A stretch of DNA of 63,186 bases, filler included, from Octopus bimaculoides (Eukaryota), in assembly GCF_001194135.2 (NCBI RefSeq). It is 5 parts of 5 records of this genome, joined end to end, with 100 filler letters (N's around TTAATTAATTAA, not from the genome) between each part and the next. Parts side by side here need not be neighbours in the genome. Positions count along the whole stretch, not along the records: positions 38,508 to 46,268 come from NC_068997.1; positions 46,369 to 57,686 come from NC_069003.1; 3 more parts are not named here. One strand, 5' to 3'. The notes under the pieces were generated by a model. The model was not told where the DNA came from. It saw only the letters and a program-made list of their open reading frames with translations, and ran no database searches. This document shows positions 39,420 through 52,158 of this stretch, piece by piece (positions within the stretch are counted from its first letter, which is position 1; every line of letters starts with the position of its first letter). Made by a program: the position numbers and the translations under genes.

Positions 39420-39728
39420 CTTGGACATAACCCTGTCTTCATTGTTTTCCTCTTCATCACGAAACACAATATTCGGATTCAGGTTTGTAACCATCTCTTT
39501 GAATCGAGGATCAGGCTTTGTGATTTTGCCCTCATGAATGCCACTTGCCCCTACTGTATTCTCAGATACATTTGGAATATGTTGCTTAAACACCAGAGGT
39601 GTCCTTTTACGGGGTCCACGCCGCTTGCCGGGGCCCCTTCCTGGTCCACAGGCTAGAGAATGACTTGTTACCAGTAAGAAAAACACTAAGATCATTCCAA
39701 GTTGATGTCGAAGCGACCTCTGCGGCAT
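39420..39728 (-). CDS. hh: Hedgehog, first coding exon (103 codons: signal peptide plus N-terminal part of the Hh-N signalling domain)
   Basis: Translation [103 protein letters not shown]. Hydrophobic signal, then the hallmark CGPGRG, basic heparin-binding stretch, GASG and DEE..DR motifs. Ends at AAG|GTAAGC (donor GT at 39419-39418), the phase-0 position where bilaterian hh/Shh exon 1 ends. The ORF-track extension to 39333 is intron read-through. Confidence 0.98.
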
Positions 39729-39732
39729 CGTG

Positions 39733-39775
39733 CTGGATTAGAACGAGGAGGAGAAAATAATAAATAAATAGATGA
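39733..39775 (-). other. Probable 3' splice acceptor (pyrimidine tract + CAG) 4 nt upstream of the hh ATG
   Basis: Minus strand reads ...TTATTTTCTCCTCCTCGTTCTAATCCAG|CACG ATG, with AG at 39734-39733. Confidence 0.6.
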
Positions 39776-40114
39776 ATGAAGGAAAGAAAGAAAGAACGAA
39801 AGAAGGAAGTGAAAAATGCTCTGGGTAACTTGCTCCCTCAAAATCAATTTATATATGTTTGTGTGTGTGAGTATATATATGTGTGTGTGTTTCGGTGCAC
39901 AGAAAGCTTGAAGTATGACTTATTATATACACCATGCTCACATACATCTACACATTGTATGTATTACATATACATATATATTACACAAACATAAATGCAC
40001 ATACACACATATACGTTTATACTGTCTATTACATATTATATTTTATTATGTATATATGTACATATATATATATATGTATGTATGAATGTATATGTTATAC
40101 ATGCACACAAACAC

Positions 40115-40211
<97 letters not shown>

Positions 40212-40649
40212 TTTTCCGTGAGTTTTCACTTTTCCTTATCCTCTTCCTCCTCCCCTTCTCCTCTTCTTCTTCTTCGTGTTCCTCCTCCTCCTCCTTTTCC
40301 TCCGCTACCCCTCCTCCGCCTCTTCTCTATATGTCGATTATTCTTTTTTTAATGTTCCATGCCTTTTCTTTATTTCTTTATTTTTGTTTTTTATGTGTGT
40401 GTTAAATACCATACGCGCACACACACATGCAAACACACATACACACATGTAGAGATATTCACTCACATAGATTTGCACATACACACGCACATACACACAT
40501 ATAGAGATATTCACTCACATAAATTCATACACACACACACATATATATCTTTCATCTTACATATACAGACACCAGATAGATTTCCATTTATCTATCTATA
40601 TATTTCTATATGTGTTCACATATTTGCATGTAACTATACCTATCTAGTC

Positions 40650-40703
<54 letters not shown>

Positions 40704-41529
40704 GTATATAATCATATATGAATGTGTGCGTGTATTTATGTATTTGTATATGTATTTATATAAATATATATGTGCCTGTGTGTACGTAAGTATGTATGTA
40801 TGTATGTATGTATGTATGTGTATATAAATATATATATATATATGTATATGTATATTTCCCTGTATTGTGTGTGTGATGAGTGTGTGTGTGTGTGTGTGTG
40901 TGTACAAAAATATATTTTATAGTTTTCTCCTCTTCTACCGACGCGGTTGTTAATGTTCTTCTTATTGTCAACGTGCTCTGCTCAATTAGCCAGCAATCAT
41001 TACTTTTTATCAATTAACTTGCATTAATCTCCACTTTTCCTCTTTCTTTTATCTTTAATTTCCTTCTCTATTTTGACTTTCGGTTTTCAAGAAACGATGC
41101 CATTCTTCGCGTTGCTATCGCTGTTGTTGCTAGCGCTGTTGTTTCTGTTGCTGTTGTTGAGGAAGCTGAAGATGTTAACGATGAGCTGCGATGTTTTTTT
41201 ATTGGCAATGCTCTTCTTGTTCGTTCTGTTGTGTTGTTGTTGTCATCGTGCTGGACGGAGTGATCGCCACTTCGGTCGTCATTCAACTCTCTGCTGGTTT
41301 TATTGTGGTTGTTGTTGTTGTTGGGGGTGATGGTGGTCCTACTACAAGAAGAAGAAGAAGAAGAAGAGGTAGTGGTGGTGTTGTTGGTGGTGTCGGTCGT
41401 GATGGTGGTGGTGGTGGTGGTGGTGGCCGGGTGACAAGTGGAATAAAACAAAGCAATATTTGGAGCTGCAGTCAGAAACGGTAGACAGCCAGAATACAGG
41501 TTGTAAACTATATGAACCTGTCGATTAGT

Positions 41530-41568
<39 letters not shown>

Positions 41569-42771
41569 ACACGTACGCATGCACACACACACACACACAC
41601 CAATTATATACCTGTTCATGTATATAAACATACTCTCATACATAGTCTCCAACACACACACACACACACACACACATACACACATCTTTCACACTACGAC
41701 GATATGACTGTAACAACAGCAGCAACAACAGCAGCGGCAATGACGTATGATGACGATGGTGGTGCGATAGGACGGTTACGACGCCGCCGCCGCCGCCGCC
41801 GACGATGATGATGATGATGATGAGCCGGTCTCTCTCCCCACCTCCCCTTTCTCCTCACCTTCCAGTAGTCTTTAACACTTTTCTAAACCACTGACCCACC
41901 AATCTCTTCATTTCCTCCTACTTCCTCTCTCACTCTCTTACTCTCTCACTCTCTTACTCTCTCACTCTCTTACTCTCTCACTCTCTTACCGTCCTTCTCG
42001 TATCCCCCACCCTCTCTTTCTTTCTCTCCCTTCCATCGTCTCCCCCCTCTCTCTCTCTCTCTCTCACTGTACCTCCTTCCACTGTTTTATTACTTCTCTC
42101 TCCGGTTCTTGCCATAACTATCTCATATCTTCTTTTTCCAATATCTCTTTATTTCTCTTTCTCTCACCATCACCCTCACATTCACAAACACACGCACCAA
42201 TAATGCTCACTCTCACATACAGACAGTATCATCCGCATGCGTTTCCCCTCCTCACGCGCATGTATCTGTCTGTCACCCTGTCGCCCTTCCTCCACCCCGA
42301 CTCGTCGTCTGCCTCCTCTTCGTCCTCTTCCTCTCTCCCACAAATACACTGTCCACGCACCAATCCGCACACACAAACACAAACATTTTCGCTCTTATTC
42401 AGACACAATGCTACGCACCTTTTCTTCAAGGAATCCTCTATGTGGTTGCTCAAAATGCTAGTAATAGATGCCAAATAGCTTAATTACACCCTACAGTGTT
42501 TAAATGAAAAGGCGCACACTTGATATTGAAAGTTGAAGATAGCCCCAAAAAAGAGAGGACGGCCAAGGTTGGACTGGCTTTGATGGTGGGGTTGAGTTGG
42601 AGCGAAACAACAGCCACAACAATTGGCTTGTAGTCAAACCAACCTCAACTCTTACGCCTAGATTCACGCACTCGCACGCACGCACCCCCCTCCTACTTCA
42701 CTCAGAGAACAAACACACTGGAAGATAAATGTACACGCGCGCACTTTCTTTTCTTACTCCTCCCCTTGCTC

Positions 42772-42807
<36 letters not shown>

Positions 42808-43158
42808 ACAACTCTATCATTCAACCAAACATTTGTCCAGACTGACAGACACACGCGCACACACACACACACACACACTCCCTCTGTCTCTCTTTCTCTC
42901 TCTGTCTTTCTCTTTCCGTCTGTCTTAATACACGCATGCACTTAATACGAGCATACACACACACCCTCTTTTACATACTTGCACACAGGCACGTACACAC
43001 ACACACGCTCATAAACGCACGTACATACACACACATGCAAACATTCACACAAACACAAGGGCGTCAGGTTGATGATGATGATGATGATGATAGTGATCAT
43101 CATCATCATCATCGTCGCTTTTCTCCTCTTTCATTCCCCACTCAATATAAACACACTT

Positions 43159-43189
<31 letters not shown>

Positions 43190-43423
43190 ATTTCCTCCCA
43201 CTCCCTCTCTCTTTTTGCCCCTCCCCTCTTCGCAGCCCACACACACCCTTTCCTCCACCTCTCTTTATTTACTCTTCTTTCTTCTACTCTTTTCTTCCTA
43301 CATCTTTTCATTGTTTTCTTATGTCCTTATGTTGTTCCATTTTCCCCCCTTTTTTTTTCTATCTATCCATGCATCTTTATATCAAAGCACCACATACTTC
43401 GCTTATGTATGTATGTATGTATG

Positions 43424-43485
<62 letters not shown>

Positions 43486-43502
43486 CCATGCTTATGTACA
43501 TA

Positions 43503-43553
<51 letters not shown>

Positions 43554-44725
43554 NNNNNNNNNNNNNNNNNNNNNNNNNNNNNNNNNNNNNNNNNNNNNNN
43601 NNNNNNNNNNNNNNNNNNNNNNNNNNNNNNNNNNNNNNNNNNNNNNNNNNNNNNNNNATATATGTATATGTATATGCATGAATCTGCCTATCTGTCCGGT
43701 GCCTGCTATTGTTTGTCAGTGTTGTTGCAATCCCACCTCAAGCCTAATCGTATCTTTCTCTCTTTCAATGTCTTAACATTAAAACCTTCTCTCTAATTTT
43801 GCTCAGCGTAACAAGAATCTAATCAGCAAATGAATTTGTTACACTCCCATTGTTGTTGTTGTTGTTGTTATCGATCATGCTGATGTGCGTATTCTGCTAC
43901 TCCCGCACCCTATTTATATCACTAACCGTTCAGCTTTGAATGCTCATGGACAGACCGGGACTCTCTAGACCCTAGAAAAGTGTGTCTGTGTGTTTGGATA
44001 TGTCTAATGCTACTTCGTTGTTATTTCGGCCCACGCCAGACCCGTTCGAGCAGGCGTTCGATCAAAGTTTCCCGCCTAGGACTACTTTGGATAAAGCAGT
44101 AAGAAGTTTGCTTTTCAACTACATGGTTCCAGGTTCAGTCCTACCTCGTAGCATCTTCTTCTATGAACTGGAATTTTGTAAGTGGGTTTGATAAATGTAA
44201 GTTGAAAGAAACCCGTCGTGTGTGTGTGTGTGTATATACGCACACATATATTTTATTCTTTTATTTGTTTTAGTCATTTCACTGCGGTCACGCTGGAGCA
44301 TCACATTAAAGGGTTTTAGTAGAACAAATCGACCGCAGGACTTATTCTTTGTAAGCCTAGTACTTATTCTATCAGTCTCTTTGCCGAACCGGTAAGTTAC
44401 GGAGACATAAAGCCAAACACAGATACAAACACAAATATATACATAGTACATACATACATACATACATACATACATACACACACACACATATATATATATA
44501 TATGTATATATANNNNNNNNNNNNNNNNNNNNNNNNNNNNNNNNNNNNNNNNNNNNNNNNNNNNNNNNNNNNNNNNNNNNNNNNNNNNNNNNNNNNNNNN
44601 NNNNNNNNNNNNNNNNNNNNNNNNNNNNNNNNNNNNNNNNNNNNNNNNNNNNNNNNNNNNNNNNNNNNNNNNNNNNNNNNNNNNNNNNNNNNNNNNNNNN
44701 NNNNNNNNNNNNNNNNNNNNNNNNN

Positions 44726-44777
<52 letters not shown>

Positions 44778-45434
44778 ATATGTATACGACAGGTTTCTTT
44801 TAATTTCCGTCTACTAAGTCCACTCATAAGTTCTTGGTCGGCCTGTTGCTATAGTAGAAGACACTTACCCAAGGTGCTACGCAGTGGGACTGAACCCGGA
44901 ACCATGTGGTAAGCAAGCCTGCCCCACCACCGCTTGACAACTTGTGTTGGTGCGTTTTCGTCTCCAGTATGTTAGCGGTTCGGCTTAAGAGCAGATAAAA
45001 TAAATATCAGGCTTCAAAAAATAAAAATAACCTCTGGAGTCGATTCGTTCCTCTAAGAAAATTCTGTATGGTGGCGCCTCAGTATGGCCGCTATCTAATG
45101 ACTGAAACAAGTAAAAGGTAAAAGTAGGCTGGTATTTGGAATAAATGTAGCTACTATTTTTAGAACGTTAATTGAGCATGAACGGTCTCTCGTTGGCTGG
45201 TCTATTGGTGCCACTTTTAATATCATCAAGTCTGAAAGGAGAAGCACCAATTGCCTATGTTGGCATTTCTACAGGGCAAGAATGTAATACCAGAAACTTG
45301 CCGTTTTTGTGCAATATATATAGGTGGGTACCGTAGGAGTTTTCATGTGTAGTCCATGTTCGGCTACGGTTAAATTAAAAGAAGAAATTGAAGATGTATG
45401 AGTCTCCGTATTCTTTGCAATTGTTTTCCGTATA

Positions 45435-46268
45435 TAAGAGGGGGTACCAAAAAAGTAACTGCAAACGTTCTCTGTGGGACAAGCACGTTGTAGTTCAGGC
45501 TTCCGCCGCTAGAAGCCACTTGATGTGACCCTAATGCTTCAGTCTGCCGACCAGCGTCATCGAGTGCAGTCGTACTGTCATGTGGTGCATCTTTGTTTTG
45601 CAGTGCTTCTTCCTTGTTCGTCAATTTTTGTGATGGCTGAAACGAAGGGACAGCGTATTTCCATGAAATTCTGTTTACTGCTGGGGAAAATGGCGGGCGA
45701 AACAGTTGTCATGCTTTAAATAGCTTACAAGAATGCTGCTATGCACAAAACAGAAGCTTACGAGTGGTTTTGACGCTTTAGGAATGGTCACTTATCGCTT
45801 AAAGACCAATCTCGTTGAGGGCGACCGTCGACTTCCCGAATGAATGAAAATATCACGAAAATTCGTGAACTGATCTTGGAGGATTGTCGCTGAACAATTG
45901 ATAAACTTGTCGATATGACTGGTGTGTCCTGGAGCTCCTGCCAACGAATTTTGAGCGAGGAATTGTGAATGAAAAGAGTTGCAGCAAAATTAGTGCCTCA
46001 CTTGATCACAGAATATCAAAAGCAGTCACGACTGAATGTGTGACGTGAACTGAAAGAAAAGTTGGAAGTTGATCCAAACCTTTTTTTCCGAAGGTCATCA
46101 CAGGTGACGAAAGCTGCTGCTATGGCTACGACAAGGAAACAAAGTAGTAATCAAGTCAATGGAAGCACTCAATGTCACCACGTTCCCCACACCAAATGCG
46201 TCAAGTAAAGTCCAATGTGAAGGCGATCTGATTTGTTTCATCGATGCGAAAGTAAGTGCGTACACAGC
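45435..46268 (+). mobile_element. mariner transposon relic (5' TIR + N-terminal half, runs into a gap)
   Basis: From ATG 45633: MAETKGQRISMKFCLLLGK..ETVVML*..EAYEWF*RFRNG..GRPSTSR..KIRELI..RILSEEL*MKRVAAKLVPHL..KVITGDES. TA + AGAGGGGGTACCAAAAAAG terminus. Confidence 0.9.
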
Positions 46269-46368
46269 NNNNNNNNNNNNNNNNNNNNNNNNNNNNNNNN
46301 NNNNNNNNNNNNTTAATTAATTAANNNNNNNNNNNNNNNNNNNNNNNNNNNNNNNNNNNNNNNNNNNN
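46269..46368. other. Assembly linker N44-TTAATTAATTAA-N44
   Basis: 12-mer at 46313-46324. Confidence 0.95.
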
Positions 46369-46418
46369 CTAATTGCTATGAATAAACGTTATTTCTGTAG
46401 GTAGGTAGGTAGATTTGC

Positions 46419-46769
46419 GAGAGTGAGTGCTGAGACCCCTTTCGGTCATGACTGACTCTGGGATTGCACCTAGAAAGTTACCCTCCAAGGCACAAGTCCG
46501 GGTAAGGTTGTTTATGGAAGACCAGCAGTCACCCATGCTTACCGCTCTCTCCTCTTCATGCCACCGATGTTATCCAAGGGAAAGGCAAAGGGGCCGATAC
46601 AGCTTGGCACCTGTGACATCGCAACTCATTTCTACAGCTGAGTGAACTGGAGCAACGTGAAATAAAGTGTCTTGCTCAAGAACACAACACGCAGCCTGGT
46701 CCAGGGTTCGAACTCACAACCTGACGATCGTAGGCTCGACGCTCTAACCACTGAGCCATGTGCCTTCAC
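46419..46769 (-). mobile_element. tRNA-derived SINE family D, full length
   Basis: Complete A/B-box head at 46769-46700, body colinear with 37542-37856, (CTAC)n tail at about 46388-46412. Confidence 0.88.
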
Positions 46770-49401
46770 TAGGTTGGTGTAAACCCATGTCTCCTCATAT
46801 CGGTACTCAACAGTTGGTGTAGTTGTGAGGTAGAAAATAGGTTCTGTGTGTTTCTTCTCTTAAAACAAAGGTTATTGTATTTATTACGTCACAGTTGTAA
46901 AGTGTCAAGCACCCCAGACCCCGATTTGCTAGAAATAGCAACCAAACTTCACACTATACCCTACCATCTGGATAATGTGACCTTTATATATACACGACCC
47001 CACCCAACACTACCACCAAGAAGAAAAATCAGAGCTAAAATGCTGTTCGGTGCTGGTCTGCTCAGTCAGACTGATCTGGAACTAAACAGCGACAACGGTG
47101 ATAGCTCGACTCGTCAGAAATAGCAGCCAAATCTCACTTAAGTTAACAGCTGTCTATGAATTAACAGGAAGTACAGTTTGTAGAGTTGTCTTTAGTGAAC
47201 GCGATGTTTGATTAATGCGTAGATGTTTCAAAGAGACACATGGGCGGGTCCCGATGGCAAAACCCGGGATCGGTTACTTTCTCGTCAGTAAAAAGTGGAA
47301 ATTCAATATTTTGCGATGTAAGATTTATCCGGGAGTTGACTGAGATATTAACATGCGATAGGCACGATTAAGCTCACTGCCAGGAAGATAAAAGTGGGNN
47401 NNNNNNNNGGGGGGGGGGTAACACCAGACATGTAATCTTTCAAACATTTGAAACTCTGTCAGTACCGCGAGTTGCGTCAGTTTCCGAGTCTTGTTGACAT
47501 TTTAACAATTGGAAGTTTCTTGACTTGAACAGATGTGAAACATCCCAGAACGATTGCAAGGACAGAGACACATAAGCGATCCTCAATGAAACAACGACTG
47601 CAGAAGAAAATATCAAACGACACTTCGGGAAAGGAGCAACAAATAAGGATCCAATGAATGGAAGCATGAAATAGAAATGCTGCAGGTTTGACAAAGAAGC
47701 ACACCAACTTGGTGGCCATGGTTGTAGAGTCGTGTTAGAATGTGGGAGAGACTGCTTTGCGACCATCGTTCCAGCTGCCGGCTTCCTTTGTTCAAATGAC
47801 GTTGAGGTCAGCTTTTCTTTGGGGGAGGCGGGTCGATAAATAAAGTACCAGTGTTGTATTGTGGGACGATTCTTCCCTTTCTCTTATTCAGTTTGTCTTG
47901 AAGAAATTGGTTGTGATCAAACCTGGACAGGGATGGGTTTTATTAGGTATGAAAGACTGTCCAGGACACACCCAGTATTTCATGGCGGCGACCCTGCAAT
48001 TCAAAGACCAAAGCCCAGCACAAATATTGACAATGCTTGGTTTTTTGACACGCCAAAAAGATGCAACTGGAAAAATAAGTTTTAAATAGCGACACCTTCA
48101 CGCCACAGAAGTTGGTGAAATAAAAAATGGCGAAGGAACAATTTAATTAAAAAAAAAAAATGTAGATTTAAAGAAAAAAAAAATGATTTGAGGAATTAAC
48201 GAATTAGGAAATTGACAAAAAGGGAGACCAGAGCCAATATTATCAGAAGAATTAAGATTTTAAAAATATAAAACTAATTTTGAAAATAGTGAAGAGACGC
48301 AGGAGGTCTGGCCGTTATGGTTAAGACCCTCACTTTGCAATCGTTTGGTCTCGGGTTCGGTTCCACAGCGCGGCACCTTGAGCAAATTCTTCTACTGTAG
48401 CCTCCTGGACCAACTAATGCCGTGTGAATTTGGTAGACGGAAACTATGTGGAAGTCCATGGTGTATGTATGTGTGTGTCTTTTTTGCCTGTTGCCACACT
48501 CCCCCACCGCTCGACAACCGGTGTTGGTTTTTTAATATCTTCTTAATCTAGCGGTTCGGCAAAAGTGACGATGGAATAAGTATCGGTCTTAAAAACAAAT
48601 CATAAATCTTGGGATCGATTTGTTCCGTTCAATCACTGAAGCAACTGAAAGATAAAAGAGAGAACCCGCCGCCGCCGCCGCCGCGAGGCCCCTGTCACTA
48701 TCCTTCTCTCTGGCATTTGGGGCTATGTGTCGTTTTCTGTAGCCTCGGATCGACCCCACATGTCTGGAGGAATCGACTGGATGGAAACTATAGAAACGCG
48801 TTGTAGGGGTGGGATTGTACTTATAAGTGAAAAGGTCACGCGCACTGTGTTGAGCTGATTCTGCCTGAGAATTACGTTAACAGTAAACGTGTCTACGGAG
48901 TACTCAACCACTCCGACATTAATTCAAGAGTACGTAATTTCAGTGGATCGAACAACTGGATAATCGTCATCGTCGAACGACGGGGATCTACCATACACAC
49001 ATACATACATACATACATACATATATATGAGTGAGTGAGACAGCCAGAGAGAGAAAGGGAATATAAAAAGTAGGTGGTTGGGGGACGCAATCAGTGCAGG
49101 CGGCACGGTTTCGATTCCCGGTTGTGGGTATCTCGTTTCAATATGCAGCAGTTGGTGTCTCTCATTAAAAACCTGTCTTTCAGTAATTATGTAACCCTGT
49201 CGTTGATGATGATGATGATGATGATGGCAGTTGTGATGTGGTGGTGGTGGTGGTGGTATGGTAGTTGGGGGACGGTTCATTGGGTGGGCTTTTCAAAGTG
49301 CTGGCTGGCTAGCTGGCTGGCTGGCTGGTTGGCTGATATCAATGTCCGCCCACCCATTCTCGCCTTGGCTGATTAAAGAAGAGGAAATACCTGCTTTCCA
49401 T

Positions 49402-49441
<40 letters not shown>

Positions 49442-50078
49442 AGGCCCATAAATAACATATACATAAGATATACACACGCGCATGTGTGTGTGTTTATATA
49501 TCCACATAATATATACGCGACAGGAATATATTTATGCAACAGGCACACACACACACAGCAAGAGAGAGAGAGAGAGAATATTACATAAAAGTTAGGAGAC
49601 CTTAACAAGATATTACACAATGGGAACACGGCACACACACACACACACACACACACGTATTGGTATACTCAGTGTACTAATATTACTAGTATGATAGTAT
49701 ACGCAGCTGTTACTAGGTCTTCTTATGACCACTGCAACTACCACCACCACCACAAAAACCTACCCTGACTACTAGCACCAACACCACCTCAAGTACTTTT
49801 ACTAGAATCGACACCGCCTTCACAACCACCAAAACCAGCAACACCATCGCTTATTAGCATCATCGCCACTTCCGTCATCGCCACTTCCGTCATCACCNNN
49901 NNNNNNNNNNNNNNNNNNNNNNNNNNNNNNNNNNNNNNNNNNNNNNNNNNNNNNNNNNNNNNNNNNNNNNNNNNNNNNNNNNNNNNNNNNNNNNNNNNNN
50001 NNNGATCGACTTGAAGTGGAAAATACTATTTTTCAATATCGTGTAAGAAAGTTCAGCTGTACTTTATGCAATCTCTCT

Positions 50079-50109
<31 letters not shown>

Positions 50110-50313
50110 CTCCTCCTACTCATCTTTCTCTTCGCTTCTATCTTTACCAAGTCTTCTCTCCTCCTCCTTCTATTTCGTCTTTCTTCTCCCCCTCTCTCTC
50201 TTTCTCTCTCTTTCAATCATCGATCGGAACATGCCGTCTTACTGACGTCTTCGACAACGTACACGCACGCACGCACATATACCCGCTCACTGACAGATAC
50301 ATTCACGCACCTG

Positions 50314-50350
<37 letters not shown>

Positions 50351-50907
50351 GCACAAAACAGCTATTTACACATACGCAGAAAGACACGAACACACACACG
50401 CATACCCGCTCACTGACACACACACACACACACACACCTGCACACGCAGCATATTTACATATGCACACACACACACACAGCTATTCACAGATGCATAGAA
50501 ACACACGCACACACTGAAGCATAGAAACGTTTCATGTAAATGGATCCCCGTCGATTTCGACGATGAGTATTCGTTCAGCAGAGCTAGTTTATTCGAATAG
50601 TGTAGTGTCCGAGTACTCCGTAGACATGTTTGTACCCTTGACGTAATTTTCGGGGTGGGGGTGGGACGAATCAGCACATCCCTTTCAATATTTCCTAGTT
50701 AAAATCCATCGGACGACGCTTCCACACAGTTTCCCCTCTACCACCACCACCGGCCCCAAACGTATTGCACAAGGCTTGAAGAAGGGGTCTCGTGATGCCG
50801 GAGCAAATTTATTAACCATCCGACCAGGATTGCTCTTAATACATACAATTACACACACACATGTGCATACACACACACATACATACTCACGCACACACAC
50901 ATACATA

Positions 50908-50961
<54 letters not shown>

Positions 50962-52100
50962 TACATATACACACACACACATATCTATCTCTACCTCTTT
51001 CTATATTTCTCTCTCCCTCCTCCCCCCCTCTCTTTCTCATATATAATTTAAGTCCTGGGGCCGATTTATTCGACGAAACCCCATTCAAGGTGGTGCCCCA
51101 GCATCGCCGCAACCCAGTAACTGAAATATAAGGAAAGCTAATATATACATACATATGAAGTGTGTGTGTGCTTATATGTACATACACACACGCTAACATG
51201 TAAACTGGTTGTGCAATGCTTGTGCTAATAATAATAATAATCTTATGTAACGTCTGCTCGTTGCATAATAAGCTGGATAAATGTGATTTAATTGCGATAT
51301 TTCTTCTGCGTTGGATGTTGAAGCTTAACTGACGCGCAAATGTCCGCTTGTTCCGACATTCTGTCCAGTCGATTTGTCGGGAAGTTGTGGCTTTCATACC
51401 TGGCTTTATGAAAGATAGCAACCAAATCTCCCTCAAATCACATCCAACTGCGTTCCTTGTGTATATTGAAGAGAAATGAATGATCACAGTGGAAATGACT
51501 TCGATCATCGATCTGTTCGATCGAATCAGACCTGTGGTTAAACGGTCGAACCAACAAGGACGGCTTTATGTGACCACTTGAATGTGCCAGAATTAGCAGC
51601 CAAAATTTGTGAAATCTCGCTTTATAGTCTTAGAAAGAAAAGAAAAACCACTTGAAAAAAAGTAATCCTCGCTGTACAAAAACATGGGTAAGACGAGTGT
51701 GTCATGGTGGGAATGTCTCTGATCATAAGATCTCGTGGTTTAGGATTGATTGATGTGGGGTGGAGAGAACGGCGGCAGCACGTTTGGTTCGTTAATTAAG
51801 GCTTTCGGCTGAATGAGTGAATGACGTAACAACATTTTAGTAGTCGGAAATAACGGCGAAGACGCTCGGGCTGGACGTCCGGTTTGGTAGGCCGGGAGGG
51901 GGAGGCGTGCGGCAGTGCTGCACAAGCGAGCTTTGCCACTAGGCGGTTTGGGGTTCAATCCTTCGGTGTCTTTGTGTGTGTCTGTGTGTGTATATATACA
52001 GTACTGTGTGTGTATGTATATATATATGATGCCGTCTGTGTATGTGTGTGTATATATATATGTTTATGTATTATTATATATAACACCGTTTGTGTATGTA

Positions 52101-52158
<58 letters not shown>

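Noticed and set aside
41068-41685. 205-aa minus ORF rich in T/S/N runs
   Set aside because: Built from (TG)n and trinucleotide tracts with no domain; more plausibly 5' UTR. Only the short terminal uORF is noted.
47410-48100. Moderately GC-rich block with several short overlapping ORFs, possibly a LINE remnant
   Set aside because: No RT or endonuclease motif that I can identify.
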